DNA of 64,000 nucleotides, taken from Epiperipatus broadwayi (Eukaryota; Animalia; Onychophora). This document shows positions 11,450 through 23,686 of this stretch, piece after piece (position 1 is the stretch's first letter; each line of letters opens with the position of its first letter). The position numbers and the translations under genes are program-made. Below the pieces are notes generated by a model, which saw only the letters and a list, made by a program, of their open reading frames with translations, made no database searches and had not been told where the DNA came from. The stretch spans positions 9,238,001 through 9,302,000 of the forward strand of contig JAQFVV010000003.1 in the NCBI GenBank assembly GCA_028023455.1, read 5' to 3'.

Positions 11450-12500
11450 GAATTAAGAGGAAAGAGCTTGAATAATTCTGATTATTATTTTTAAAGATAT
11501 ATCATATGATCCAATAAATTCTTTCCAGCAATTCCTTCCACAATCTGTCATAAATTTCTTCATTCTTGAATCTTTTATTGTTGTTATGATAGGAGACCAA
11601 TATTTTTGATAACTTTAAAATGATCATTATCAATTTTAAAGTCCTCTGCTAGGCCTGCCATGCTAATATTTGATTTTTTTAAAAATTATTTTTTTACTAT
11701 TAAGTTTCTTCAGATCTTCTCTGATTTAGGCTTTAAGTATGGCATGATTGCCATTTGATGTTTTTTCCCTTGATATACATAAATTTTTATTAATCTGAAT
11801 TGCTTTATTATATATTCAGTAAAAAAATTAATGGGTAGTATGATAATACCCAGCCTTATCTAACACTTTTAACAATGAAAAACTACTGTTTCTATGTGGT
11901 CTGTTTTACCAGTTTTTAATTCCATATAAAAATTCCTCATAAGAATATCGAGTGTTTGGGGTCTATTTTATTAAATATATTCCATAATTTATTATTTCAC
12001 CAGAATCAAAGGCTTTGTTGTAATCAGTCTAATACATGTAGACATTATTTTGCTATTTTATGGTCTTTTTAATTATCTTATAAAATCTCATATCTGAAAC
12101 CAGTTTATGTGTTTTGTAGTTATCTTTCACTGTAATTTCTAATCTGATGTCTGTAACGTAATTTTTTCTATATGCTGAATATTCCACGATAATTTATACA
12201 TTATTTCAAGACTTTATTCCAGAGTATAGGAGTATAAGTAGATTTTTTTGTCCTTGGGTGTAAATGATGTGGTTAATATCTTAATTGTGTGTTGTTTTTT
12301 TTACTTTTTGTTAAGTGTCTTATGAGCCTTGATCTTTTGACAAAAATCTCAAGACTAATTTGATTTCATCTTCTATAATTGATGATTACTTTGTGTCAAT
12401 GATTTCATGAAGAGTTTTTTAATTAATGTCTTTGTAATGTAGTTTTTCAGTTTATTTCTTTCATGCCTGTTTGCACTTATTTCAGTTACAATCTACCCAT
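11450..12500 (-). mobile_element. Heavily decayed RTE-type LINE reverse transcriptase remnant
   Basis: Minus-strand DYNKAFDS (about 12002-12025) and KSVR*GWVLS (11843-11872) match the RT motifs DxxKAFD and GVRQGCxLS. Many stops; boundaries approximate. Confidence 0.6.
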
Positions 12501-15500
12501 TGATATTTTAAAGTAAAGATTGAAATTAGTGCATTACTTTGTTTATTTAGTATGTTTGCTTAGCTTTTCTTTCTTTTCCAGCGTTACTCAGAAGTTTCAC
12601 AATAAAGAAGAAATAGTTTTTTTTTTTCAGTAAACTCATGTAAACATGTCAAACATTTCATTAAATATTACCCTATGGTTGACATTCAAATCCAAAATAT
12701 ATAAGCATTGAATACATAAGTGAATACTAGACAGTGATGCAGCAACTTTTAATGTCCAGTTTTTATCAGAAAACTAATTAAGTAGAAACCAATTGTAAAA
12801 GTCTGATTGGACATTTTGATACATAAATAGAAAATGACCAAAAGTTAAAAGGTTGAAATTATCAACCACATTTATTAAAAGGATTATATGAGAATGATGA
12901 TGCATTTAATGTCTAAATCTTCTAAACAAAGAAAAATGATAATAAATATTTACATATTTATCAAAAGATGATTGTTGTGAATAAGTGCTTGCTAACAAAT
13001 GACATACTTATAGATTTCAGTAGAATACAAGCTGAGAAAGGTAAATTTCTTTTCTGTAGGCTTGAAATATCTGGCTCATAGTCATCCCAGCTAACTACCC
13101 AGTAGTGGTCAGTAAATGGATATTTAACTATTTTTGGATAGAGAGTAAAACCAGATTAAAAAAACATTCAAACTCTATCTCTATGAAGAGCTGTTAAAGA
13201 GACATTTTTCATGCACTGAAATATTTAATGGCTGTTTATCTGTTTATTCATTTTATTTGTATATATAATTCCTAAAGTACATAACTCAATAGATTTTACA
13301 TAGTAACTTTTATTTGCTTCTCACTTAGATGTCATTTTTGTTGAATATCATTTCTCTTGATGAAGCTTTTGGGATTCTTTGAAATACTTTTTATGTATTA
13401 ATTGCCTATAAGGATAGGAACAAATTTGCATAGATTTAATTGCACACAGTAATCTTCTAATTACTTTCTTCACTGATCTTTAGTGACTACCAATATGTTT
13501 AACAATCAACATCATCTATAAATGTAGGATTCTCTAATTGGAAGTTTACTTTTTTTTTATCTCCATAATTTGAGATTTTAAATGATCTGTGTAACATTAA
13601 TTGTTTTTTTAGGGAGGAATCATTATTTGGAAGAATGATTACATATTTTGCTGCTCTTAAAGGTCTTTGGAAATGAAGGGTGCATCAAAAAGTCAGACTA
13701 TTTTATGCCTTTAAAAATAAACTTGTATAGAGTAGTGTATTTTTAGTAAATATTGTCTATCAAGGATTGTTCAGTTTTGAAAAGCCCCTCCTAAAAACTT
13801 TATAAAACTGCATTTGACAAAAGTTATTTTATGGAGAATTTTTGAAAACCTTTGATACTCAACTATATGCTGTTTTTTTTAAAATAAATATCATTTGAAA
13901 GTCTGAAGTATGACTTAATTTGACAATGTTATTTCTTCAAATCTGTAAATTTGTGAAATCACAATTTTGAAGCAGGGGAAATAGATTGACCTTCTGATGG
14001 AGTTTCCATGTCATTTTTTCCTAAAATATATTGAAAATTATTGGTTATTTGAAAGCTTCATCTGTTAGCACATTTAACCCTTACTGTTTAATGTTCCAAA
14101 TGCAATCTCTCTTATTGGTACTGACCTATCATGAAGTTGGTTATCAGCATAATATAATATGGTTGATAGTCATAATAATTTGGTTAATATTATAATTGAA
14201 TTTTTCATTTAAAAATATTTAAAGTTGAGTTACTTCAATACACTTGGATAAAATAAAGTTTCCTCATTCACATTTGCTCTCAACTATTTACCTTTTTTTA
14301 CAAGTTTTGATAAATACATTTTAGATCACTTATTAAAAGAATTTGATTTATATCAAAAGAAAATACATTAATGTAAAGAGACTACTCAATTGATTGACAG
14401 CTCTGGCATCATGTGATGTAAAATGGCTTCTCCTTAAACAAAGTGAATTAATTCTGTGAATAAGCTGTGTATCTGAGACTCTATTAAATATTTTTATACC
14501 ATTATAAATTCTTCTAGATTTCTCCTCCTCTACCAGTATCATTTTTTATTTTATGATTACAAAATAAGTATCCATTTTTGTTTCTATATCGTTTTAATAC
14601 AATTTATTTTATTAGTTCTAATATTCTACTCTCATTTTTTAATGCTACATTATAAATATCTAAACAAAAATCTCCATCCCTTATTAATTTTATCTTTATT
14701 TTTCTCTTATCCTCCATATAATTTATCTTGATTCGCTTTCAACATCTTAGAGTACACAAAATAAATATCTGAACTTCTAATATTAATCAAATGCCACCTG
14801 CTGAAAGAGAATATGGTCACAATACTTTTTTGGACTGCTTCTAAGTTTAATTTTATTTTTGTATTAAAAAGAGTTAGTTCACTATCTATACATTTTAATG
14901 TCTTTGGTATTTTAATAATCGCAATCACCCCTATTCTTTGGCTAGGATTTTAAAATTATCACATGATCCTCAGATCTTTTCTCTTTTTTTGCTACTGTTT
15001 TAACAGCTTGTGAAAACATAAAAAAAAATAATGATCATGTGATGTTTTAGTAGTTTAGTGTTCCAGTCTGAAAAATAACATTATTTGTATTAGATTTTAT
15101 CTATATAACTTTAATTTCTTTATTTTTCAAAAATTCTGATTAGGTGATAAGTTTTGAGAGTACACTTGTGAACTAAAAAGTAGATGTATTATTTACAGTT
15201 TTCAAAGGGGCAATGGAGACTGTGGTAAAATTAATAAAAATTCAACTTTCTGTATTTTCACAGATAAGTTTGAAAGAGTTTCCAAGATGGTTTTCTTATT
15301 TACTTTATGAAAAAAGTAAAGATAAATTTATTTATAAAGGAAAAACAATTAATGATAACCAATTTTAAACTGATGTAACTTATTATAATGGAAGCCATAT
15401 TGGAACTTGATTATTGTTGAATTTGAAAATCTTGATTATTTACAATCATGGGTATAAAACCAGAACATTTTTTTTTTTTTAAAAAAAAAAAACAATGTTA

Positions 15501-16519
15501 AGAATGTAGAGCACACAGCAATGTATATAATCATTATGTATGATACTCAATCATCTCTGTGGCAAGATTTAAGTATTGAATTATTCTGACATTTTACACA
15601 AATTTGAGGGATTAAGAATCTCAAATATGAGTTAGTACCAGTATAATAGGTCTTCTATACTCACTTTTCACTTCAATTTTTGCTTTTATCCCCTGCATGA
15701 AATTAATCTATAAATTGAAGATTTTTTAAACACATAATATTAAAGCATAAATTAATTACAATTTTTTTAAAAAAAGTTAATTGGAAATTACATATTCTTT
15801 AAATTTTTTTATTTGTCTTTCAAATTTTAATTGTTTTATTTGTCTTTTAAAATGGACAAAAAATAAGGTCAAGTGTAAATATCGAATTTTATGAAAACAC
15901 TATTAAAGGATAAATTATTTGTAAGTTACATATTTTTTTTATAAAAAAAATTGCATTAATTAATCAATTCATAGCAATAAAATAATAAAAATGAACTGGA
16001 TTAGTAACAAAGAATAATAAAAAAAGGAATATGTGGAAATTTTATTTTATTTTATTTTGATTACTGTTGATAAACAGAATGAAAAATCTCAAAGAAAGGA
16101 TGGAAATAGATTCAGTTCACCATTGTTTTATTGCCAAGAAATTTTCCAGCATATGTGAGTCCAGATGAGACTATAATAGTACAGTTCAGGCAATATGCTT
16201 CTCATCTCTTTATAATTTTGAATTTGGCTTCAACCATTGAATGTTTAATCACCAATGCTTTTGATAGTTGGCAGTCAAATATCTATTTGATATTTTGAGA
16301 AAATGTTTCATTTTTCAGTTATGCAATTTGTGTAAATGTTCTATTTACAAGTGCAAATGTATTACTTTTTAATTACTTTATAAAAACCAAAAATGTTAAA
16401 GGAAACAAGTAAATATTCAATTTTTCAAATTTTTATGTATATATTTTTAGATTACTTTGTAAAAATTAAAAAATATTTTATTTAAATATAGATAAAATGG
16501 GATAAATATTCAAATCTAT

Positions 16520-19518
16520 TGTAATGAGCCCACAATCATTTGATTAATTAATTCCTTGCTAATATAATTTATATTATGTTTTAACTAATTTGGCAGGATT
16601 GTTGTTTAGTCATCATGTTCCTGCAGATAATTATTTTAATATTATCTATGATGGTTTGGATTATTTTTATTCTCACAACAATACCTGATCAAGAAATAAA
16701 TTTTGAGATATCCAAACATCTCTTTGATCTATTAAATAACTATAGATAATATTTTGGAGCAAAAAGATTTTAATCAAACAACTCAATCAGTTTGCTGTAT
16801 TTCCCCAACAATATCATCTACTTCTCCCCTATTCATGTGTACCCTAACAGTATATTTATGGATGTTGGACTTAGCCAATCCCAAGTGCCTATGCCACTGT
16901 TGAAAGTAAGAATTATACTGAGGACTGCTGATGGGAGATTTTCACATTATGTGTAATTAGGGACCCAACCTTAGATAGCTCAATAGTAGGATGAGTGGTA
17001 ACTATACTGATGGAGATATGTTAATACTGGAGCATATATTCACTTGTATAATTACATATATATATTAAGAAGATAATGGAAAATAATTTTAGATGAAAGA
17101 ACAAAAAAAAATCACTATTCTCATGAGTCTACTTATATAATATCTCTAATAGTTAATGGATATTATATAACAAATTATTAAAGTTTAAATAAATTTTTAC
17201 AAAAAAGAAAATAAATACTGTATACATATGTGCATTATATTATATGATATCACATTTAAATGAAAATACAATATTTATCTTAGTTTCCAGGAACTCATGT
17301 TGTTAAGATATATAAGTGTAAGTTTTCTACAAAAAATGGTCATATAAACTGTTCGGATAATATCTTTATTTCCAGTTTTCTTTAGGATCAGTTGGTGAAA
17401 TGGTTTTCTCTTTACTTGTGGGAAGTCTTGGTCAGATGTGGATTTCTGGATGTAGATAGATGACAGAATCAGTAGAATAGTATCTTACATGGGTGGTGGG
17501 TAAAAGCCAAGCAAATTTATAATTTTTACCCCACAATCACCATCTTTATGCTTGAATATTCATTTAGCAGCATTTCAGTTATATTTCTCAGTTTTAATTT
17601 TAATGATCTGATGAAATATCTAATTAGCAATTGTTTTAATTGCTAAAATAATTATTTATGCCAACATTTCTCCCCTATGTGTAGAAAGAGTTTTTTTCCT
17701 TCTTGCTCCTATACCAATGGCTAACTAGCCACCACTTCCCCCTTTTTAATAAAAAAAAAAGTTTATTTTTTTAATCTGACATAACATCCCCAGTTATTTA
17801 TTAATTGCTTGGAATTTTTTACTTGTGATCCAATTTTGATAGCAAAAATATAAGTGGTCCCTATCACACTTAATTTCTATTCTTTTGTTACCTTTCTAAA
17901 TCTGGCTGTTCAAGCTAAAAGCAGTCTTTTCAGAATTGGAAAGTAAAAGTTACAAACAAACAAAAATTAAAATATAGGTTCTTTCCAATTTTGCCCCATA
18001 CCACCATTTGAGGGCTTTTATTTCCAATAGGATAATTATACAGTTGCAGGGACTAATGTTTGGTGACAGTCAAAGTAAAAAAGTCCAAACAACAATTTTG
18101 TATTCTATCATTTAATTAAAGTAAAAACAAAACAAAAAACTTAAGTACTAACTAATATACTGAAATAAACAATAATTTGGTATTTAATCAAAGAATAATC
18201 AGGAGTATTTAATAAAAGTGAAAGTAAAAAAAGATAAAAACAATTCTGTATTCTAATGTTTAATTAAAGTAAAAAACAAAACAAAATGCAAGTAATAAAA
18301 AAAATAGTTACATTTTGCTAATGGTTTTTAAAATTGTGACAAATAAATCTTTTTCTTGGTGCAATCGCCACCACATGAACTCAGCCCTCTATCTTTTATT
18401 GCACCTTTTAACTAGCCCCAAAGTCTTTCTATGTTTTGGGTATGTGCCCCAGTAGATGGATCTACAGAATTTATAACTATGATTAACTTTAAAATGTTCA
18501 AATCCTGCATTTTTTAATTCATCAGTTTTATAGGCCTTCCAACATTCAGAATAAATTGTTGATCCTTGTGCTATATTTTGTTGAATGACATCAAGTAGAA
18601 TGACCACTGTCTGACATGGAACAGTGACAATAAAACCCTCTTTGGTTTCCCTGCATAAACCACCAAATAACCACTGTTGCAGGAGTAGTCTCCCTTGTTG
18701 GTTCTTTCATTTTGTAAAGAGACTTTTATCAACTTCTACAATTTTGGCACAATGGTCGAAGCAATAAACTTTCTTTGCATACTTCTCTTAGATAACTGTT
18801 CCAAAAAACAATAGTGTCTTTGCACAAATCCAATTCATATTTTATACATTCAATTGTCATGGTATCTCTACTCCAATAATAAATAAATTGAATGGATATT
18901 AGAAATATTATTTTAGAGCCTTCAAACCATGTGCTACATGGCATTGGCAGACTTTTAAATTACATCACCATTCCAGGGTTTGTGCAAAGTACAATTTCAT
19001 ATCATGGCTGTTGGTGTACACTTTTTGAGAGGGCAGGATAAAATTTCTTTGGAAAAATTCTACTGTCTCATGTTCTGTGGCTGGTATATCACAAATAATC
19101 ATCATCTTGAGCATAAAAAGACAATTAATGCAGCTTTTGATTTTAGCGAGCAAATAATCATGTATTTGTGAAATGCATTCTAATTCGCCATAGCCTATCA
19201 TTTTGTCATATTTTTATACACTAGATTTAAAAATTCACAAATCACAACTACATAGTTTATTTACAATCATTAAACATTATTAGTCCCTGCAACTGTATAA
19301 TTATCTCTGACTATTGGAAAATAAGTGCCCTCAAGTTGTGGCATGGGACAAAATCGGAAAGTACCAAAATATATAAAACAGAAACAGATTTCTACCTAGA
19401 CATGTAGATTATTTTACATAGATAAACATCTTTTTTCTTTTACAGCAAATCTGTCTTTTATCAAAAGAAGAAAAAAAAATGTTATAATTATCATTTTTAA
19501 TTTTTTCTCACTTTTACA
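16520..19518. repeat. Copy 1 of a 1.6-1.8 kb direct repeat (TGTAA...TTACA termini), interrupted by a Merlin element
   Basis: Collinear with 21900-23686 along its length (e.g. GTAATGAGCCCAC, GAGATATCCAAACATC, GTAAGAATTATACTGAGGACTGCTGATG, CAGCAAATCTGTCTTTTATCAAAAG). Confidence 0.9.
17977..19365 (-). mobile_element. Merlin (IS1016-like DDE) DNA transposon, decayed transposase
   Basis: About 100-bp imperfect TIRs starting GGT(T/A)CTTTCC; 8-bp TSD AAAATATA at 17969-17976 and 19366-19373. Minus-strand fragments WFEGSKI, VEVDKSLF, QWLFGGLCRET, IAQGSTIYSECWKAY and KVNHS resemble ISXO2/Merlin transposase. Confidence 0.9.
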
Positions 19519-19959
19519 TGTATATACATTTTCTTCTTGCACATTTGGCCATTTAACAATTTTTATACATGCACATCTTATGCAAAATATAGTGAATAAT
19601 AGCTCAAATGAAAAATATGATTGGTAGAATGTTTACTACTGATATGACTTCTTTAATAGATATATACATTACTACATTTTCAGCTATGTATGTGAATATC
19701 TAAACTTTATCTTGTGACAGAGTTCAAACTTGGTTCCTGTTGCCCCCATCAGGAAGCCTTCAAACTCGGTTTACATTTTTTGATGGTTTATAATTAAAGT
19801 TTTTACCTTTATCCAATGATGAATTGTCACTTTCTGAATTTATTGAACTCATTGCATACCTATTTACATCTCTGACATCACCAATATCCATATAGGACCA
19901 ATTATATATATATATGTCTAATCTTTATGAAGATTCTCTCAGTACCTAGCATCTCAAAG

Positions 19960-21150
19960 CAAAAGGGATGACTTGGCAACCCAACAATAAACAGTAAACT
20001 CAGTCACCAAACAACAAGCCCATGATGCTTCACTCACAATATCCCCCCACTAACATCTTTACCCCACTCTGTTACTTCCAAGTCTTGGGAGTGAGGGAAG
20101 ATCAAAAACAGCATCCTATCCCTGTTATGAGTTTAATGGTTAAAATATAACCCAAGATCCTGCTCACATCTTGAGTCTTATGGGCAAGACAATATTAGTA
20201 TGTCAAGCTCCTTTTCTCAGAGACTTAAAGGCTTTGACTCATGGCAGAATTACATTATCTGATGCATGAAAATATGGGTTGTAAATGCTCAGTCAAAGAC
20301 ACATCTGAGATGAGCTTCCATACACAGTACACAACATACCACACCTCTGATCCAGCAGCCAACTCCCTATCCACTGTCAAAAATGAGAGACCACCCCCAA
20401 ACTTTTAACCATCACAACTTACCTGATCCCTCAAAATTCTCTTTTTTTTGGTTACTATCTATTTTTTGGTGTCAATGACAGTCAACATGACCTTTTCCCT
20501 TTGTCATAAGTTGGCTTAGATGGCACTCACTGTGCTTCACTTCCATAATAACCATTTCTGTACAGTTTTATCATCTTCTCTTTGATGATTCTTCACATTC
20601 CAATCAAGCACCAGTTATCTTCATTAATTCTCATTGCTTGAGCACCTCTGACTGTTTTCCTCTATCTATCAATTTGTTATAGTCTTGTGTGCTCATATCT
20701 ACCACATTCAATAATTCTACTGTCTTTTCAATAGACATCTTTTTAATTCCCAGGACCATTTACTTGATTTTTAGAGGCAGATTATGTCTCATGATTCTAA
20801 TAATGTTGCTCTCTGTCATGTTGCATGCATTCTATGTCCACAACTTCACCAACTGCTGGTGAAAGAATTGAAAGCAGCTCTCCTGGCTACCCATGCATTT
20901 CTCCTGCATCAAGTGATATTTCACAATTTCTTGGCAATCTACCAACCAGAATGTATCCCTGATCACTTCTTGATATTTTTGAAAGGTCTTTAGTTGGTGG
21001 AACAGTGAGTCCCACCACAATTGAGCATTTCCCACTAAGTTACTCCAGGAAATCGCTATTTTACTTTCTTCAGACATTGGATTGCTACTGAAATATCTTA
21101 GCAAATTTTTAAATGATTCAACTGAATCTTCTCCCATCTAACCAGCGAAC
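19960..21150 (-). mobile_element. Ty3/Gypsy remnant (gag plus integrase-tail/PPT fragment)
   Basis: ORF 20832-21137 NLVGNAQLWWDSL...ESCFQFFHQQLVKL resembles retrotransposon gag. DRELAAGSEVWY and a PPT-like GTGGGGGATA-TTGTGAG occur near 20040. Boundaries approximate. Confidence 0.6.
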
Positions 21151-21899
21151 ATGTGAATCTTTAGAAATTGATTTACATTAGTCTGGGCTGGTGGGCATTT
21201 TACTGTGACTTTCTGACTATCTGTTATATTATCATTCATTATCTGGCTTCTCCTCTTTTATTATTTCTTGATGTTCACTTTCTATTTTCATTTGTCTTCC
21301 ACTTTGATCTATCTTTTATTTCACTTTTTCTTATCTCCTTCTCATTATCACTCTCCCTATCCCCCCATTAACTATTCTCTGTTTCTTTACCGAGTTTTTG
21401 TTCTAATTTCAATATTTCTTTCCATTTCTATTTTGCATTTCCGATGTTATGCATCTCCTTTTTTATTTTCTGAAATCTTAACTCCATTCTTTCATCTAGT
21501 TCTTGTAACTTTTTTATAATACTCTTCATCATGCTTGTTATTCTTTCTTTCTCTGTATTTTCCTGGTCCATCTTTTTTTATTGTGAACAGGTTTTCATTT
21601 ACTCCCCTTGTTTTTTATATAGCACTTGCTGTTTCTATTTGTAACCCTTTTTTCTTTATATATTCAATGTTTATTCCAAAAACAAATGTCCCAAGCTTAA
21701 CTCCCCTGCCCATAAAGTATTATACTACCTGTCATTTTTGGTCTGTTTTATTTGTCTAAATTACCATCCCCTTCAATATCTTTATTACTCTCAAACTCTT
21801 AATGCAAATTTATTTTTTTGACCAAAACAAACAAAAAAAAAAATTCAATCATATTACTCATATTCTTCATTCTTCAGAGCCCCATCATTGGAAATCCGT

Positions 21900-23686
21900 T
21901 GTAATGAGCCCACATGCATTTTAGTTAATTTCTTGCTAATATAATGTATATTATGTTTTAACTAGTTTGTCAGGGTGGCTGTTTAGTCACCATGTACCTG
22001 TAGATAATTATTTTAATTTTATCTATCATTAAAAAGGAAAGTGGTTTGGATTATTTTTATTCTCACATAAATACCTGATTAAGAAATAAATTTTGAGATA
22101 TCCAAACATCTATTTGATCTATTAAATAACTATAGATACTATTTTGGAATGAAAAGATTTTAATCAAATAACTCAATCAATTCACTATATTTCCCTGACA
22201 ATAGCAGCTACTTCTCCCCTATTCATGTTCACCCTTACAGTATATTTATTTATGGACATCAAACTTAGCTGATCCTAAGCATCAATCCCACTGTTCAAAG
22301 TAAGAATTATACTGAGGACTGCTGATGAGAGATTTTCACATTATGTGTAATTAGAGGTGTAATTAGAGGCCTAATCCTAGCTATCTCAATCACAGGGTGA
22401 ATGGTAACTACACTAATGGGATATATTAATAGTAAAGCATATATTCACTCATATAATCACACATATATATTAATTAAATTAATGGAAAGCAATTAATTAG
22501 TTGAATGAATGAAAAAATATTCACTAGTCTCATGAGACTACCTCTATAATATCTTTAATAGTTAATGGCTATCATAGAACAAATTATTAAAGTTAAATAC
22601 ATTTTTACAAAAAGGAAAATAAATAATATATGCATTATATCATATGATATCACATTTAAATATAATATTTACCATAGTTCCTAGGAACTTGTATAATATA
22701 TTAAGATATACAAATTTAAACTTACTATAAGAAATGGCCATAGAAACTGTTTGGATAATGTCTTTATTTTCAGGTTTTTGTAGGATCAGTCAGCAAAGTG
22801 GTTTTTTTTAAACTTGTGGGAAGTCTTGATCAGATGCAGATTTCTGGATGTAGATGGACAACAGTATCAATAGCACAGGACCATATGTGGGTGGTGGGGC
22901 AAAAGCCAAATACATTTATGACATTTTACCTCATAATTGCCATCTTTATGCTTGAGATGCATTTTGGTTATATTTCTCGGTTTTAATTTTAACAATCCAA
23001 TGAAATATCTATTTATAACTAGCATTTGTTTTAATTGCCAAAATAATTAATGTGTCTCCCCTATGTGTAAAGAGAGATTTTTTTTTGTTCCAGTACCAAT
23101 GGCTAACTGGCCATCCCTCTTTTTTTTAATAAAAAAATATTTTATTTTTTTAATCTGATGTAACATCACCAGTTATTTATTAATTGCTTGAAAATTTTTA
23201 CTTGGGATCCAATTCTAATAGCAAAAATATGTGGTCCCTATCTCACTTAATTTCTATTCTTTTGTTACCTTTCCAAATCTGGCTTTCCCTAATAAGTTAT
23301 AAATATTTGACAAAAGAAATATTTTAACATGTTCAGGCTAAAAGCAGTCTTTTCAGAATTGTAAAGTAAAAGTTACAAAACAAAATCTAGCCAGATGACA
23401 AATAGAACATTATACAATCATATTATTGTACAATTTATTCATTTATCTATCCTTTATTAGTATGTAATCACTATTTATTGTTAATAAAATTTTTGTTGAA
23501 ATGAAAAGTTACAAAACAAAAACAAAAATTAAAATACATAAAACAAAAATAGATTTCTACTGGGACATGTAAATTATTTTATGTACACAAACATCTTTTT
23601 TTCTTTTACAGCAAATCTGTCTTTTATCAAAAGAAAAAAAAAGTAACATTATAATTATCATCTTTAATTTTCTCTCACTTTTTACA
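21900..23686. repeat. Copy 2 of the direct repeat; carries the empty Merlin site
   Basis: Homologous to 16520-19518. The position matching the Merlin insertion reads AAATTAAAATACATAAAACA (about 23526-23545), with a single copy of the target. Confidence 0.9.
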
